From: Alphaproteobacteria bacterium
GTDB lineage: Bacteria; Pseudomonadota; Alphaproteobacteria; SP197
DNA: 64,000 nucleotides
Direction of reading: 5' to 3'
Assembly (NCBI GenBank): GCA_964291415.2
Contig: OZ219920.1
Location: forward strand, 1,344,001 to 1,408,000
This document shows positions 21,356-31,098 of this stretch, in pieces. A model generated the notes under the pieces. That model was not told the DNA's origin. It saw nothing but the letters and a program-made list of their open reading frames with translations, and made no database searches. A program made the translations under genes and the position numbers. Numbering within the stretch: position 1 is the stretch's first letter; the number at the start of each line of letters is the position of its first letter.

Positions 21356-23253
21356 GAACTTCCGCCGCTGGCCTGCAGATCCCAGAGCGCGCGGTAGCGT
21401 CCCTCGAGCGCCAGCAGTTCCTCGTGACTCCCGCGCTCAACGATCCGTCCCTCCTCCAGGAAGATGATCTCATCGGCGTGGAGCAGCGATCGCAGACGGT
21501 GCGCGATGATGATGACGGCCCGCTCGCTGGTCAGGTCATGCAGGGACTCGTGGATGCGCTGTTCGGTGGCCGCATCCACGGCGGCGGTGGAATCGTCGAA
21601 CACGATCACGGCGCTGTCCGGCAGGACGCCACGGGCGATCGAGAGGCGCTGGCGCTGGCCTCCTGACAGCGACACGCCCCGTTCTCCGACAAGGGTGGAG
21701 TATCCGGTCGGCAGCTTCCTGATGTAGTTGTGAAGCTGCGCCGCCGCAGCGGAATGCTCGATGGCCGCCCTTCCCGCCCAGGGATCCCCATAGGCGACGT
21801 TGTGATCGATGCCTGCGGTGAACAGGAACGGCTGCTGCGGCACGATGCTGACCTGCCGGCGCAAACTGGCGAGAGTCACCGAGCGAATGTCGGCACCATC
21901 GATGGTAATGCGTCCGGCCGTCACGTCGTAGTACCTGCCGACCAGCTGTCCGATGGTGCTCTTGCCGCTGCCGGGAGGGCCCACAATGCCGAGTGTCCTG
22001 CCGGGACCCACCTCGAAATCGATGTCGCTCAACGTGCGCCTGTCGCGCGCCGAGGCAGGGTAGGCGAAGTCCACCTGCTCGAACCTCAGGACGCCCTCGC
22101 GCACCTCGAGCGGTACGGCATCCGGGTGATCGGCGATACTTGGCTCGAGGTCCAGCACGTTGAAGAGGCGTCCGCCGCACGTCGAGGCACGGGCGACGGA
22201 GTTGATCATCCAGCCGATCTGGCGCACCGGCATCTGCAGGATGGCCATGAAGGCGAGGCACTCGGCGAGCTGGCCGAGCGTGATCTCGCCGGCCATCGCC
22301 TTTTCTCCGCCGACCCACAGGACAAGGCCCATGGCGGCAAGGAAAATGAATGTCATGCGCGTGCTGGAGCGCACGAAGAGGGCTATCCGGCGATGCGACA
22401 GGGCCAACGCGCGTGCGGCGATGGTGTCGTAGCGCAACATCTCATAGGCCGTTGAGGCAAAGGCGCGAACCACGCGAATCCCGCCCAGGTTTTCCTCCAT
22501 GACCTTGGTGAGCTGCGAAAGCTCCTCCTGCAGGGCAAGCCAGGCATCACGCAACTTCAGACGGGCGCCCGAGGCCATCACGGCAATGACGGGAACGAAC
22601 CCGAGGGCCAGTACTCCCAGCACCAGGTCGATGCGGACAAGCAGGATGGCGCCGCCGACAACCAGGGTCGACAACAGCACGCACCGCAGGATCCCTGTAT
22701 CCACCCAGAGGCGCACACCCTCGATATCGAGGATTCCCCTGGTCATCAGTTCGCCGGAGTGAACGCGGTCGTGCCACGACAGGCTCAGGGACTGCAACTG
22801 CCTGTAATAGGCCATGCGCAGGTCGTAGCCGATGATCTGGCCGACCGATTCACCCTGATAGTTCTGCACCATGGCGAAGAGGCCGCGCAGAACGCTCGTG
22901 GCGATCAGCAGCATGGCGGTCGTCATCAGCGCTTCGCCTGCGAGGTCCCGGCTGATCCCGCCTCCCAGCAGACCCTGTGCTTCGTCCACCGCGCGCCCGA
23001 GGAACTGCGGGACGAACAACTGGAAGAAACCTGCGGCGAGCGCGGCAACGATGCCGAGGGCCATGCGCCAGCGGTTGCGGAACGCCATGGCCGTGATTCG
23101 CCACAGCACCCCGGCGTCAACCCGCGAAACATCGATGTTGTAGCGACCGTCGAACTCGATATCGATGCGACGCCCGGTTCGGGTCCTGTCTGAAGCCATG
23201 TTGGTGTTGTCTGGAACGTCAGGCGACGGGCCCCGGTGAACCGCTCCTGTCAC
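21352..23253 (-). CDS. ABC exporter, fused TMD-NBD (half with degenerate Walker B)
   Basis: GPPGSGKS, LSGGQRQ, VFDDST (catalytic Glu replaced by Asp); stop overlaps partner start; start may be ATG 23199. Confidence 0.92.
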   Translation of the reverse strand: MTGAVHRGPSPDVPDNTNMASDRTRTGRRIDIEFDGRYNIDVSRVDAGVLWRITAMAFRNRWRMALGIVAALAAGFFQLFVPQFLGRAVDEAQGLLGGGISRDLAGEALMTTAMLLIATSVLRGLFAMVQNYQGESVGQIIGYDLRMAYYRQLQSLSLSWHDRVHSGELMTRGILDIEGVRLWVDTGILRCVLLSTLVVGGAILLVRIDLVLGVLALGFVPVIAVMASGARLKLRDAWLALQEELSQLTKVMEENLGGIRVVRAFASTAYEMLRYDTIAARALALSHRRIALFVRSSTRMTFIFLAAMGLVLWVGGEKAMAGEITLGQLAECLAFMAILQMPVRQIGWMINSVARASTCGGRLFNVLDLEPSIADHPDAVPLEVREGVLRFEQVDFAYPASARDRRTLSDIDFEVGPGRTLGIVGPPGSGKSTIGQLVGRYYDVTAGRITIDGADIRSVTLASLRRQVSIVPQQPFLFTAGIDHNVAYGDPWAGRAAIEHSAAAAQLHNYIRKLPTGYSTLVGERGVSLSGGQRQRLSIARGVLPDSAVIVFDDSTAAVDAATEQRIHESLHDLTSERAVIIIAHRLRSLLHADEIIFLEEGRIVERGSHEELLALEGRYRALWDLQASGGSS

Positions 23254-23390
23254 CGGGACCTTTTGCGTCAGGCACTTTACTATGCCGAGGCATCATCTGA
23301 CAATCCGTTCGGCCTGGCCGCTGTCAGCGGCAAAGAATCGCCTGAGCGGTCTCGTCACCTGAGGAACAGGCCGCCATAACCGAGGGCAGG

Positions 23391-24572
23391 ATGGCTCCAG
23401 GAACAGACAGAGGCGGACAGGACCGTTACAGCGCACGCTGCATTGCCAGCATCCACGACGTCGATCGAGAACAGTGGAACCGCCTTGCAGGCACCGACAA
23501 TCCATTCGTCCTCCATGACTTTCTCGCCTGCCTCGAGGACAGCGGCTCCGCGTCCCCCGAAACGGGATGGGGACCGGCACACGTCCTTCTCGAGGACGCC
23601 CGCCAACACCTCGTCGGTGCTGCTCCCGCCTGGTTCAAGAGTCATTCGATGGGCGAATATGTCTTCGATCAGGGACTTGCCGACGCCTTCGAGCGCGCTG
23701 GTGGTCACTACTACCCCAAACTCCTCGTCGCGGTGCCCTTCACCCCGGTCACCGGACCGAGGCTGCTGGTCGGAGAGACGGAGCCCGCCGAGTGTGAGGT
23801 GCGGCAGCGCGCGCTGGCGTCCGCCGTTGTCGGTCTGGCCAGGAACGCGGAAGTCTCGTCGGCCCACATCAACTTTCTGACATCGCGGGAAGAGCGCGTG
23901 GTCTCCCGCCTCGGGTTCCTCCAGCGGACCGGTATCCAGTTTCACTGGGAGAACAGGGGATACGCATCCTTCGACGGGTTTCTTGCCAGTCTGTCATCGC
24001 GCAAGCGCAAGGCCATCCGGCGCGAGCGCCGCGAGATAGCGGCCAGCGATATCGCCATCCATCGGTTGACCGGTGAGGCGCTGACCGACGAGGTCTGGGA
24101 CGCCTTCTACGGCTTCTACCGCGATACCGGGAACCGCAAGTGGGGCATACCCTACCTCACCCGCGCCTTCTTCGAACAGCTTGGCCAGCGCATGGCCGAC
24201 AACGTCGTCCTTGTCATGTGCCGGCGGGACAACCGCTGGATCGCGGGCGCCCTCAACATCAGGGGCTCATCGACACTCTTCGGCCGCTACTGGGGCTGCA
24301 TCGAGGATCACCGGATGCTTCATTTCGAATGCTGCTACTATCAGGCAATCGAGCATGCCATCTGCAACGGACTTGCCCGGGTCGAGGCCGGCGCCCAGGG
24401 CGGGCACAAGATCCAGCGTGGCTACATGCCGGTCACGACCCGTTCGTCGCACTGGTTTGCCAACCGCAGCATGCACGATGCCGTGTCCAGGTTCTTTGCT
24501 GATGAAGATGTTCACATCGGAGAGCAGGCCGACTACATCGAACGTGAACTGTCACCCTTCCGGCACACCTGA
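23391..24572 (+). CDS. FemAB-like GNAT-fold protein (DUF482 type)
   Basis: NPF..HDFL..LEDSGS, KSHSMGEYVFD, YYPKL..VPFTPVTG, GRYWG, HFECCYYQAI, EAGAQGGHK. Confidence 0.88.
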   Translation: MAPGTDRGGQDRYSARCIASIHDVDREQWNRLAGTDNPFVLHDFLACLEDSGSASPETGWGPAHVLLEDARQHLVGAAPAWFKSHSMGEYVFDQGLADAFERAGGHYYPKLLVAVPFTPVTGPRLLVGETEPAECEVRQRALASAVVGLARNAEVSSAHINFLTSREERVVSRLGFLQRTGIQFHWENRGYASFDGFLASLSSRKRKAIRRERREIAASDIAIHRLTGEALTDEVWDAFYGFYRDTGNRKWGIPYLTRAFFEQLGQRMADNVVLVMCRRDNRWIAGALNIRGSSTLFGRYWGCIEDHRMLHFECCYYQAIEHAICNGLARVEAGAQGGHKIQRGYMPVTTRSSHWFANRSMHDAVSRFFADEDVHIGEQADYIERELSPFRHT

Positions 24573-26882
24573 TCCGCTGTTTCCGGTCACCCTTGCCGGC
24601 ACGCGTTCGCCCCTGGCGGAGTCCGCGGGGAGATTGCGCACCTGCATCTCGAAATCGAGCGCGTCGTTGTCGGTCACGATCACGGTGACATGCCCGCCAC
24701 CAACGAGATTTCCAAACAGAAGTTCGTCGGCCAGCGGCTTCTTGACATGTTCCTGGATCACGCGCGCCAGCGGTCTGGCACCGTAGGTCTCGTCATAGCC
24801 GTGGCGGCAGAGCCACTCCCTGGCCTGTGGCGACAGCGAGATCGAGACCTTGCGCTCGGCGAGCTGCGTGCCGAGCTCGCCGATGAACTTGTCGACAACA
24901 TGGCCGACGGTCTCGAGGGTCAGCGACGAGAAGGAAACGATCGCGTCAAGGCGGTTGCGGAACTCCGGCGTGAACAGCTTCTCGATGGCCTCCGTGTCTT
25001 CACCCTGGCGCGTCGCCCTGCCGAATCCCATGGGCGACCTGGCGAGTTCACTGGCCCCGATATTCGTCGTCATGATGATGATGACGTTTCTGAAATCGAC
25101 CTTCTTGCCGTTGTGATCGGTGAGTTTGCCGTAGTCCATCACCTGGAGAAGGACGTTGAAGAGATCGGGATGGGCCTTTTCTATTTCGTCCAGCAGAAGG
25201 ACGACGTGGGGATTCTGGTCCACGGCATCGGTGAGCAGTCCGCCCTGATCAAACCCGACATAGCCGGGCGGGGCACCGATCAGGCGCGAAACGGTGTGCC
25301 GTTCCATGTACTCGGACATGTCGAACCGGACGAGTTCCATGCCCGAGAACTCGGCGAGGCGCCGCGCCACCTCGGTCTTGCCGACGCCGGTCGGTCCGCT
25401 GAAGAGGTAGCTGCCGACAGGTTTCTCCGTCTCACGCAAGCCCGCACGGGAGAGCTTGATGGCATCGGTGAGCGCGTCGATCGCCTGGTCCTGCCCGAAG
25501 ACCACACCCTTGAGCTGCGCCGGGAGTTCAATCAGGGACGCCTTGTCCTGGCGTGATACCTTCCGCGGCGGAATGCGCGCCATGCGGGCGATCACCGCTT
25601 CCACATCAGCCACACCGATACTCTTGCGGCGCCGGTTCTTGGGCACCAGCATCTGTGCCGCGCCGGCCTCGTCCATCACGTCTATCGCCTTGTCAGGCAG
25701 CTTGCGGTCATGGAGGTAGCGGTCGGAGAGTTCCACCGCCGTCCTGATGGCGTCATGGGTGTAGCGAATCGCATGGAACTCTTCGTAGTAGGGCTTGAGA
25801 CCACGCAGAATCTTCACCGTATCGCCGACGGAGGGTTCCGCCACGTCGATCTTCTGGAAGCGGCGCGACAGGGCGCGATCCTTCTCGAACACGGAACGGA
25901 ATTCCTTGTAGGTGGTCGAGCCCATGCACCGCAGCGTGCCGCTCTGCAGGGCGGGCTTGAGCATGTTGGAGGCGTCCAGCGATCCTCCGGAAGCCGCCCC
26001 GGCGCCAATGACCGTGTGGATTTCGTCGATGAAGACAATGGCATTGCGATCGGCTTCGAGCGTGGTGATGACCGACTTCAGCCTCTCCTCGAAATCGCCC
26101 CGGTAGCGTGTTCCGGCGAGCAGCGCCCCCATGTCCACGGCCCAGATCGTGCACTCCGCCAACACCTCGGGCACGTCGTCTTCGGTAATCCTCCGCGCAA
26201 GGCCCTCGGCGATCGCCGTCTTGCCGACGCCCGGATCACCCACAAGAAGGGGATTGTTCTTGGTACGCCGGCACAGCACCTGGATGGTGCGCTCAACCTC
26301 CCGTTGCCGCCCGACCAGAGGGTCGGTCTTTCCGGACCTTGCCTTCTCGTTGAGATTGACACAGTAGGCTTCGAGCGCTTCGTCTCCCTGGCGGACCTCC
26401 CCCTCGCCCTCCTGCGTTCCGCGCACAACTCTGGGTTCCGACTGCCCCGGAACCTTTGAAACACCATGGCTGATGTAGCTCACGGCATCGAGTCGCGTCA
26501 TGTCCTGCTTCTGCAGGAACCAGACGACGTGACTCTCCCGTTCCGAGAACATCGCCACCAGGACGTTCGCGCCGGTCACCGCGTCCGCACCCGATGACTG
26601 GACGTGGGCTACCGCCCTGCGGAGCGTCCTCTGGAAGCCCTGGGTGGGTTTCGCCTCGACGGCCTCTTCCAGAGTGATGGAGTCAAGATTGTGTTCGATG
26701 AAATCCTCGACCTCGCTGCGGATGCGTTCGAGGTCGACATTGCAGGCCCTGAGAACCGCCACCGCATCCTCATCCTCGGTCAGCGCCAGCATCAGATGCT
26801 CGAGCGTGGCATACTCGTGGCATCGCATGTTGGCGTGCTCCAGGGCCTTGCGCAGCGTCTGTTCGAGGTTGGGCGAGATCAT
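24552..26882 (-). CDS. clpA: ATP-dependent Clp protease ATP-binding subunit ClpA
   Basis: HEYATLEHL, GDPGVGKT, GTRYRGDFEER, GPTGVGKT, SRLIGAPPGYVG; follows clpS; start re-picked at MISPNLE. Confidence 0.96.
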   Translation of the reverse strand: MISPNLEQTLRKALEHANMRCHEYATLEHLMLALTEDEDAVAVLRACNVDLERIRSEVEDFIEHNLDSITLEEAVEAKPTQGFQRTLRRAVAHVQSSGADAVTGANVLVAMFSERESHVVWFLQKQDMTRLDAVSYISHGVSKVPGQSEPRVVRGTQEGEGEVRQGDEALEAYCVNLNEKARSGKTDPLVGRQREVERTIQVLCRRTKNNPLLVGDPGVGKTAIAEGLARRITEDDVPEVLAECTIWAVDMGALLAGTRYRGDFEERLKSVITTLEADRNAIVFIDEIHTVIGAGAASGGSLDASNMLKPALQSGTLRCMGSTTYKEFRSVFEKDRALSRRFQKIDVAEPSVGDTVKILRGLKPYYEEFHAIRYTHDAIRTAVELSDRYLHDRKLPDKAIDVMDEAGAAQMLVPKNRRRKSIGVADVEAVIARMARIPPRKVSRQDKASLIELPAQLKGVVFGQDQAIDALTDAIKLSRAGLRETEKPVGSYLFSGPTGVGKTEVARRLAEFSGMELVRFDMSEYMERHTVSRLIGAPPGYVGFDQGGLLTDAVDQNPHVVLLLDEIEKAHPDLFNVLLQVMDYGKLTDHNGKKVDFRNVIIIMTTNIGASELARSPMGFGRATRQGEDTEAIEKLFTPEFRNRLDAIVSFSSLTLETVGHVVDKFIGELGTQLAERKVSISLSPQAREWLCRHGYDETYGARPLARVIQEHVKKPLADELLFGNLVGGGHVTVIVTDNDALDFEMQVRNLPADSARGERVPARVTGNSGSGVPEG

Positions 26883-26889
26883 GGAGGGC

Positions 26890-27216
26890 TCAATCCTTCT
26901 CGAGCGTGGCCTGCAGGGGATGCTCGTTGTGCCGGGCAAAGTCGATGACCTGGGTCACCTTACTCTCGGCCACATCGAAGGGATAGACACCGCACAGTCC
27001 GACCCCGTGACGGTGCACGTGAAGCATGATGCGGGCCGCCTCCTCGGGACCCTTGTGGAAGAACCTGACCAGCACGTGAACGACAAACTCCATCGGCGTG
27101 TAGTCGTCGTTGAGCAGAAACACCTTGTACATGGACGGTTTCTGCGTCTTTTGCCGAACCTGGGTCGCGACACCAGTTCCGCTGCCATCATCGTTCTGGC
27201 GCTTGTCGTCACTCAT
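26890..27216 (-). CDS. clpS: Clp protease adaptor ClpS
   Basis: [32 protein letters not shown]. Confidence 0.97.
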   Translation of the reverse strand: MSDDKRQNDDGSGTGVATQVRQKTQKPSMYKVFLLNDDYTPMEFVVHVLVRFFHKGPEEAARIMLHVHRHGVGLCGVYPFDVAESKVTQVIDFARHNEHPLQATLEKD

Positions 27217-27485
27217 GAGGCACCATCGGACGCTACGAATGCTACGAGAGCAACCATACTCCCAAAGTTATTGGCAGACCACACAGGGACGTTTGCGCCA
27301 TCGCGATCCTTGGCGTCCCGGCCGCCACAGTCACCACCGAGCTATCCGTCACGATTACGGAGTGGCGCCGAACGGCTGGAACCGTGACGGCACCACGGTT
27401 GTCTCGGGGCGGATTTGCCCCTTGGTTCTTATCGAACTTATGTCATATTATCTTCACAAGAAAAACTCAGGTAAGAAGACTTAAA

Positions 27486-28664
27486 CTGGATCCCAGGCAG
27501 AACCCCTATGCGCCGGGCGCCGGCACGCCCCCGCCCGAACTTGCAGGGCGAGACGAACTGATCGAGCGAGCCGCCATCGCGCTGGACCGCATTCGCGCGG
27601 GGAAGTCGGCTCGAAGCATCATCCTCCATGGGATGCGCGGGGTCGGCAAGACGGTCCTGCTCAACCGCATGCGGCTGGACGCCGAGGCGCGCGGTATCGC
27701 CAGTGTCAAGGTGGAAGCTCCCGAGGGGCGGTCTCTGCCGGCCCTGCTTGTTCCGGCGTTGCGGACAACCCTCTTGCGCCTGAGCCGGGGAGAGGCGCTC
27801 AAGGATGGTTTGCTGAAAGGCATGAGGACCCTGGCAAGTTTCACCAGGGCTCTCAAGGTCAAGTATGAGGACATTGAACTCAGCGTCGATGTCGATCCCG
27901 AAACCGGACTGGCTGACAGCAGCGACCTCGACACGGATCTCATGGATCTCGTTGTAACCCTCGGCAATGTCGCCGGCGAGCGCGCCACCGCAATCGTACT
28001 CTTCATTGACGAATTGCAGTATGTGCCGGAAGACCAGCTCGCTTCCCTGATATCTGCATTCCATGGCGCCGGTCAGGAGCAACTGCCCATCACCATGGTG
28101 GCGGCAGGACTGCCCCAGCTGGTCGGGCGAACCGGAGACGCCAAGTCCTATGCAGAACGCCTCTTTGAGTTCGCGTCCGTCGATCGCCTCGACGACGAGG
28201 ACGCCCGTGACGCCATCGTCGTGCCTGCTTCCAGAGAGGGGGTAGCCTTCGAACCCGGTGCAGTATGCGAGATTCTGCGCCAGACACGTGGCTATCCCTA
28301 CTTCCTCCAGGAGTGGGGCAAGCACAGTTGGGACGTCGCCGAAGCTTCCCCGATTGAACTCGACGATGCGTTGCGCGCAACGACCGACGCGCTCGCTGAA
28401 CTCGATGCGAGCTTTTTCCGCGTGCGCTTTGATCGGCTGACGCCGACGCAAAAGCGCTACATGCGCGCCATGGCCGAACTTGGGCCCGGACCCCACCGAT
28501 CCGGCGATATCTCCCACATCCTGAATCGGCAGGTCACCTCGGTCGCCCCCATACGCAACGCGCTGATCGCCAAGGGTATGATCTACAGCCCCGCCCACGG
28601 CGACACGGCATTCACAGTACCGCTCTTCGATGGTTTCATGAAGCGGATCATGCCGCAGTTCTGA
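27486..28664 (+). CDS. AAA/P-loop ATPase with probable C-terminal winged helix, function unknown
   Basis: DPRQNPYAPGAGTPPPELAGR N-terminus, GMRGVGKT Walker A, LFIDELQ Walker B, GYPYFLQ. Start uncertain: CTG at 27486 or GTG at 27384. Confidence 0.85.
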   Translation: MDPRQNPYAPGAGTPPPELAGRDELIERAAIALDRIRAGKSARSIILHGMRGVGKTVLLNRMRLDAEARGIASVKVEAPEGRSLPALLVPALRTTLLRLSRGEALKDGLLKGMRTLASFTRALKVKYEDIELSVDVDPETGLADSSDLDTDLMDLVVTLGNVAGERATAIVLFIDELQYVPEDQLASLISAFHGAGQEQLPITMVAAGLPQLVGRTGDAKSYAERLFEFASVDRLDDEDARDAIVVPASREGVAFEPGAVCEILRQTRGYPYFLQEWGKHSWDVAEASPIELDDALRATTDALAELDASFFRVRFDRLTPTQKRYMRAMAELGPGPHRSGDISHILNRQVTSVAPIRNALIAKGMIYSPAHGDTAFTVPLFDGFMKRIMPQF

Positions 28665-28789
28665 GGAAGTCACTCACCGAGAAGTGGCGCAACTCCCGGA
28701 CCCCGATGCATGCAGCCCTTTGCAGGACGTCGGGTGCCAGACGGTGCGGTCAATGACACCGTGGACGATGCCGATCTGCAAGGCCCCCT

Positions 28790-29030
28790 GGCTAGCGGCA
28801 ATGTCTTCGCCGAAGACATCGTGCTCATCGCCGCGAAGCACGCGGTCGGAGTCACCGACCGGATTTCTGTGGTCGAGATGAGCCTTCCTTCACGACCGTG
28901 CGGCGGCCGGCGGCTGAGATCGGCGAAACAGCGGCGGATGTCCGGCTCGAGCTCGCAGTGCGCAACTCCACGGTCGCGCTTCCCGATTTCCGTATCAAGG
29001 GCGCAACAATGGCCGCAACACCACGGCGCG
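28790..29030 (+). pseudogene. Probable degraded C-terminal remnant of a LacI-family regulator
   Basis: Two consecutive frames read GNVFAEDIVLIAAKHAVGVTDRISVV and PSFTTVRRPAAEIGETAADVRLEL, resembling the LacI patterns ND..A.G...A....VP..ISVVGFD and PLTTVRQP..EIG..AA.LLL; frameshifted, no HTH seen. Confidence 0.4.
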
Positions 29031-29179
29031 TCATTACATGGTCCGAGTGGTTGCGCCCGATCGAACGGGGATCGCGGACATCGTTGACGAGAAGAGTCCG
29101 TCAACTGGCTTGGACGATCATGCCAGTGAACCCAGACACCAATGGTGGCCGGCAGGTCCCTGCCAGGACGCCACAACGA

Positions 29180-29221
29180 CAACACCCCCTTGGGGCCCTT
29201 GTTGACCCGTCGGGGGTGTTG
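29180..29221 (-). terminator. Stem-loop downstream of the phasin gene
   Basis: CAACACCCCC ... GGGGGTGTTG 10-bp inverted repeat about 18 nt after the stop; U-tail weak. Confidence 0.5.
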
Positions 29222-29238
29222 CCCGGGAGGAACGCCGC

Positions 29239-29775
29239 TCAGGCGGTCTGGCGAACGGCCCGGCTCCAGGCATCGGTGAACCGCTGGCCGAGCGGCTGGC
29301 CACTTTCCGTGGCGATGCGCAGCCAGGCATTCGTCATGTCCATGCTGTCCTGGATGGCGTGGTCGAGGGTCTTGCGCACGTAACCCTGCTGGATCTCGAC
29401 CGCCTCGCCGAACGACTTCGCGCCGGCGAGCGCCTTGCGGGTCTCGGCGCCTTCGGCAGCACGCCGCCTGGCAATCTCGAGGACGCAGCCGTTGAATCCC
29501 TCGACGCCCTTCATGAACGTGGCGCCGGCCTCCACCATCGCTTCGAAGTTGGCGCGACGGATGTCGTTGATCTGTTCGAAAACGGTGTTGTCGCCACCCG
29601 TCCGGGCGGCGGTATCGAACGCGTCACGCCCCATGGTGACCATGGTCTCGAAGCCCTTCCTGGTGGCATCCGTGTTGCACTTCACGACATCTTCCGAAAC
29701 CTTGAAGCCGGTTTCGATCACTTCGTCCACTCCCGGGATCTGCGTCGTCTCACTGGTTGTCTTGGCGTTGGCCAT
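29239..29775 (-). CDS. phaP: Phasin (PHA granule-associated protein)
   Basis: Ala-rich helical protein with ANFEAMVEAG, AKSFGEAVEIQQGY, PLGQRF; upstream of clpS; PhaR-type boxes in its promoter; start at MANAKTT after GGAGA. Confidence 0.82.
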   Translation of the reverse strand: MANAKTTSETTQIPGVDEVIETGFKVSEDVVKCNTDATRKGFETMVTMGRDAFDTAARTGGDNTVFEQINDIRRANFEAMVEAGATFMKGVEGFNGCVLEIARRRAAEGAETRKALAGAKSFGEAVEIQQGYVRKTLDHAIQDSMDMTNAWLRIATESGQPLGQRFTDAWSRAVRQTA

Positions 29776-29802
29776 GTTTCGTCTCCGCTTGGACAGGCAA
29801 TA

Positions 29803-29872
29803 TTGCACTGCAACATGCTCGATATGGGCACTATGACGGGGGTTGTCAAGAATAAATTGTGCACTGCACAAT
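29803..29872. promoter_or_regulatory. Two PhaR/AniA-type operators flanking a sigma70-like promoter for the phasin
   Basis: TTGCACTGCAA (29803-29813) and near-perfect palindrome ATTGTGCACTGCACAAT (29856-29872), both TGC-N3-GCA; minus-strand TTGACA at 29844-29849, 17-bp spacer, CATATC. Confidence 0.75.
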
Positions 29873-29949
29873 ACACTGGGAATGGCTGTTTGACGCAAGG
29901 GGCGCAATCCACGATAAGGCAGCCGACATCAGCCACCGGGCGACTCTCC

Positions 29950-31098
29950 ATGCCTCTTCCATTCAGTTTCGCGGCACCGGTACCTCTTGCATTCGGCGAC
30001 AATCGCCTGATGAAACTCGGCCGCGACGTCCGACGTCTTGCCGGTGACGGCGCCGAGGTCCTCCTCGTGACGGACCCCGTTCACATCGGCAACGGCCTCG
30101 CCGAGCGTGCCGCCGGAGTCCTCGGCGAGGCAGGGCACGGCTTCAGTGTGTTCAGCGACATCGCCAGTGATCCCGCGGCCGAGACGGTCGATGCCATTGC
30201 GGAACAGGGGCGTTCACAGGCCGCGACCTGCATCGTTGCCATGGGAGGCGGTTCGACGCTCGATGCCGCCAAACTCGCCGCCTGCCTTGCACCTGACGGC
30301 CGGGGTGCGATGACCTTTGCCCTCGGCGGAACGCCCGTTCCTTCAGGCGGACTTCCCAAGATCGCCGTGCCAACCACCGCAGGCACCGGGTCCGAGGTGA
30401 CGCGCACCTCTGTCTTCAGTACGGGAGAGCGCAAGTTGTGGGCCTGGGGAGAGAACCTGCAGTTCAACCTTGCTCTCCTCGACCCGCTCCTCACGGTGTC
30501 CATGCCGGTGTCCCTGACTGCCGCCACGGGAGTCGACGCCATGGTCCATGCGATCGAATCGGCGACGTGCCGGCGGCGCAATCCGGTGTCCTCGACCATT
30601 GCGCTCGGCGCCATCAGGACACTTCGCGAGTGGCTCCCGGAGGCGGTGCGTGATCCGGCCGACACGCAGGCGCGCGGTCATGTCCAGATCGCCGCCACGC
30701 TGGCCGGTGTTGCCTTCGACGTGACGGGTGTCGCCGTCGCCCATGCCATCGGTCATGCCCTGGGACAGCATTCCGGAATTCACCACGGACGCGCCGTCGG
30801 CCTCGCCCTTGCCGCCACCATGGAGCACTCGGCCGAAGCGGCGGCTGACGCCTATGCGGCAGTCTCGGCGGCTCTCGGTGGAGAAGGAGGGGCAACGGCG
30901 AGACAGGCGCCGTCGCTCTATCGGCGTTTTCTCGCGGACATCGGCTTCGATCTGACGCTTGAGGAACTCGGCACGGAGGATGCCAGGGCGATCGCCACAC
31001 TTTGTTTCGAGCCCGAGAACATGGTGATGCTCAAGGGGGACGCCCATGACTTCACCCCCGACTCGCTGCTCGAGACCGTCAACCGCATGGTCAGCTGA
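29950..31098 (+). CDS. Iron-containing alcohol dehydrogenase family protein
   Basis: GGGSTLDAAK, VPTTAGTGSEVT, DAMVHAIE, HAIGH, HHG; start re-picked at MPLPFSF. Confidence 0.9.
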   Translation: MPLPFSFAAPVPLAFGDNRLMKLGRDVRRLAGDGAEVLLVTDPVHIGNGLAERAAGVLGEAGHGFSVFSDIASDPAAETVDAIAEQGRSQAATCIVAMGGGSTLDAAKLAACLAPDGRGAMTFALGGTPVPSGGLPKIAVPTTAGTGSEVTRTSVFSTGERKLWAWGENLQFNLALLDPLLTVSMPVSLTAATGVDAMVHAIESATCRRRNPVSSTIALGAIRTLREWLPEAVRDPADTQARGHVQIAATLAGVAFDVTGVAVAHAIGHALGQHSGIHHGRAVGLALAATMEHSAEAAADAYAAVSAALGGEGGATARQAPSLYRRFLADIGFDLTLEELGTEDARAIATLCFEPENMVMLKGDAHDFTPDSLLETVNRMVS

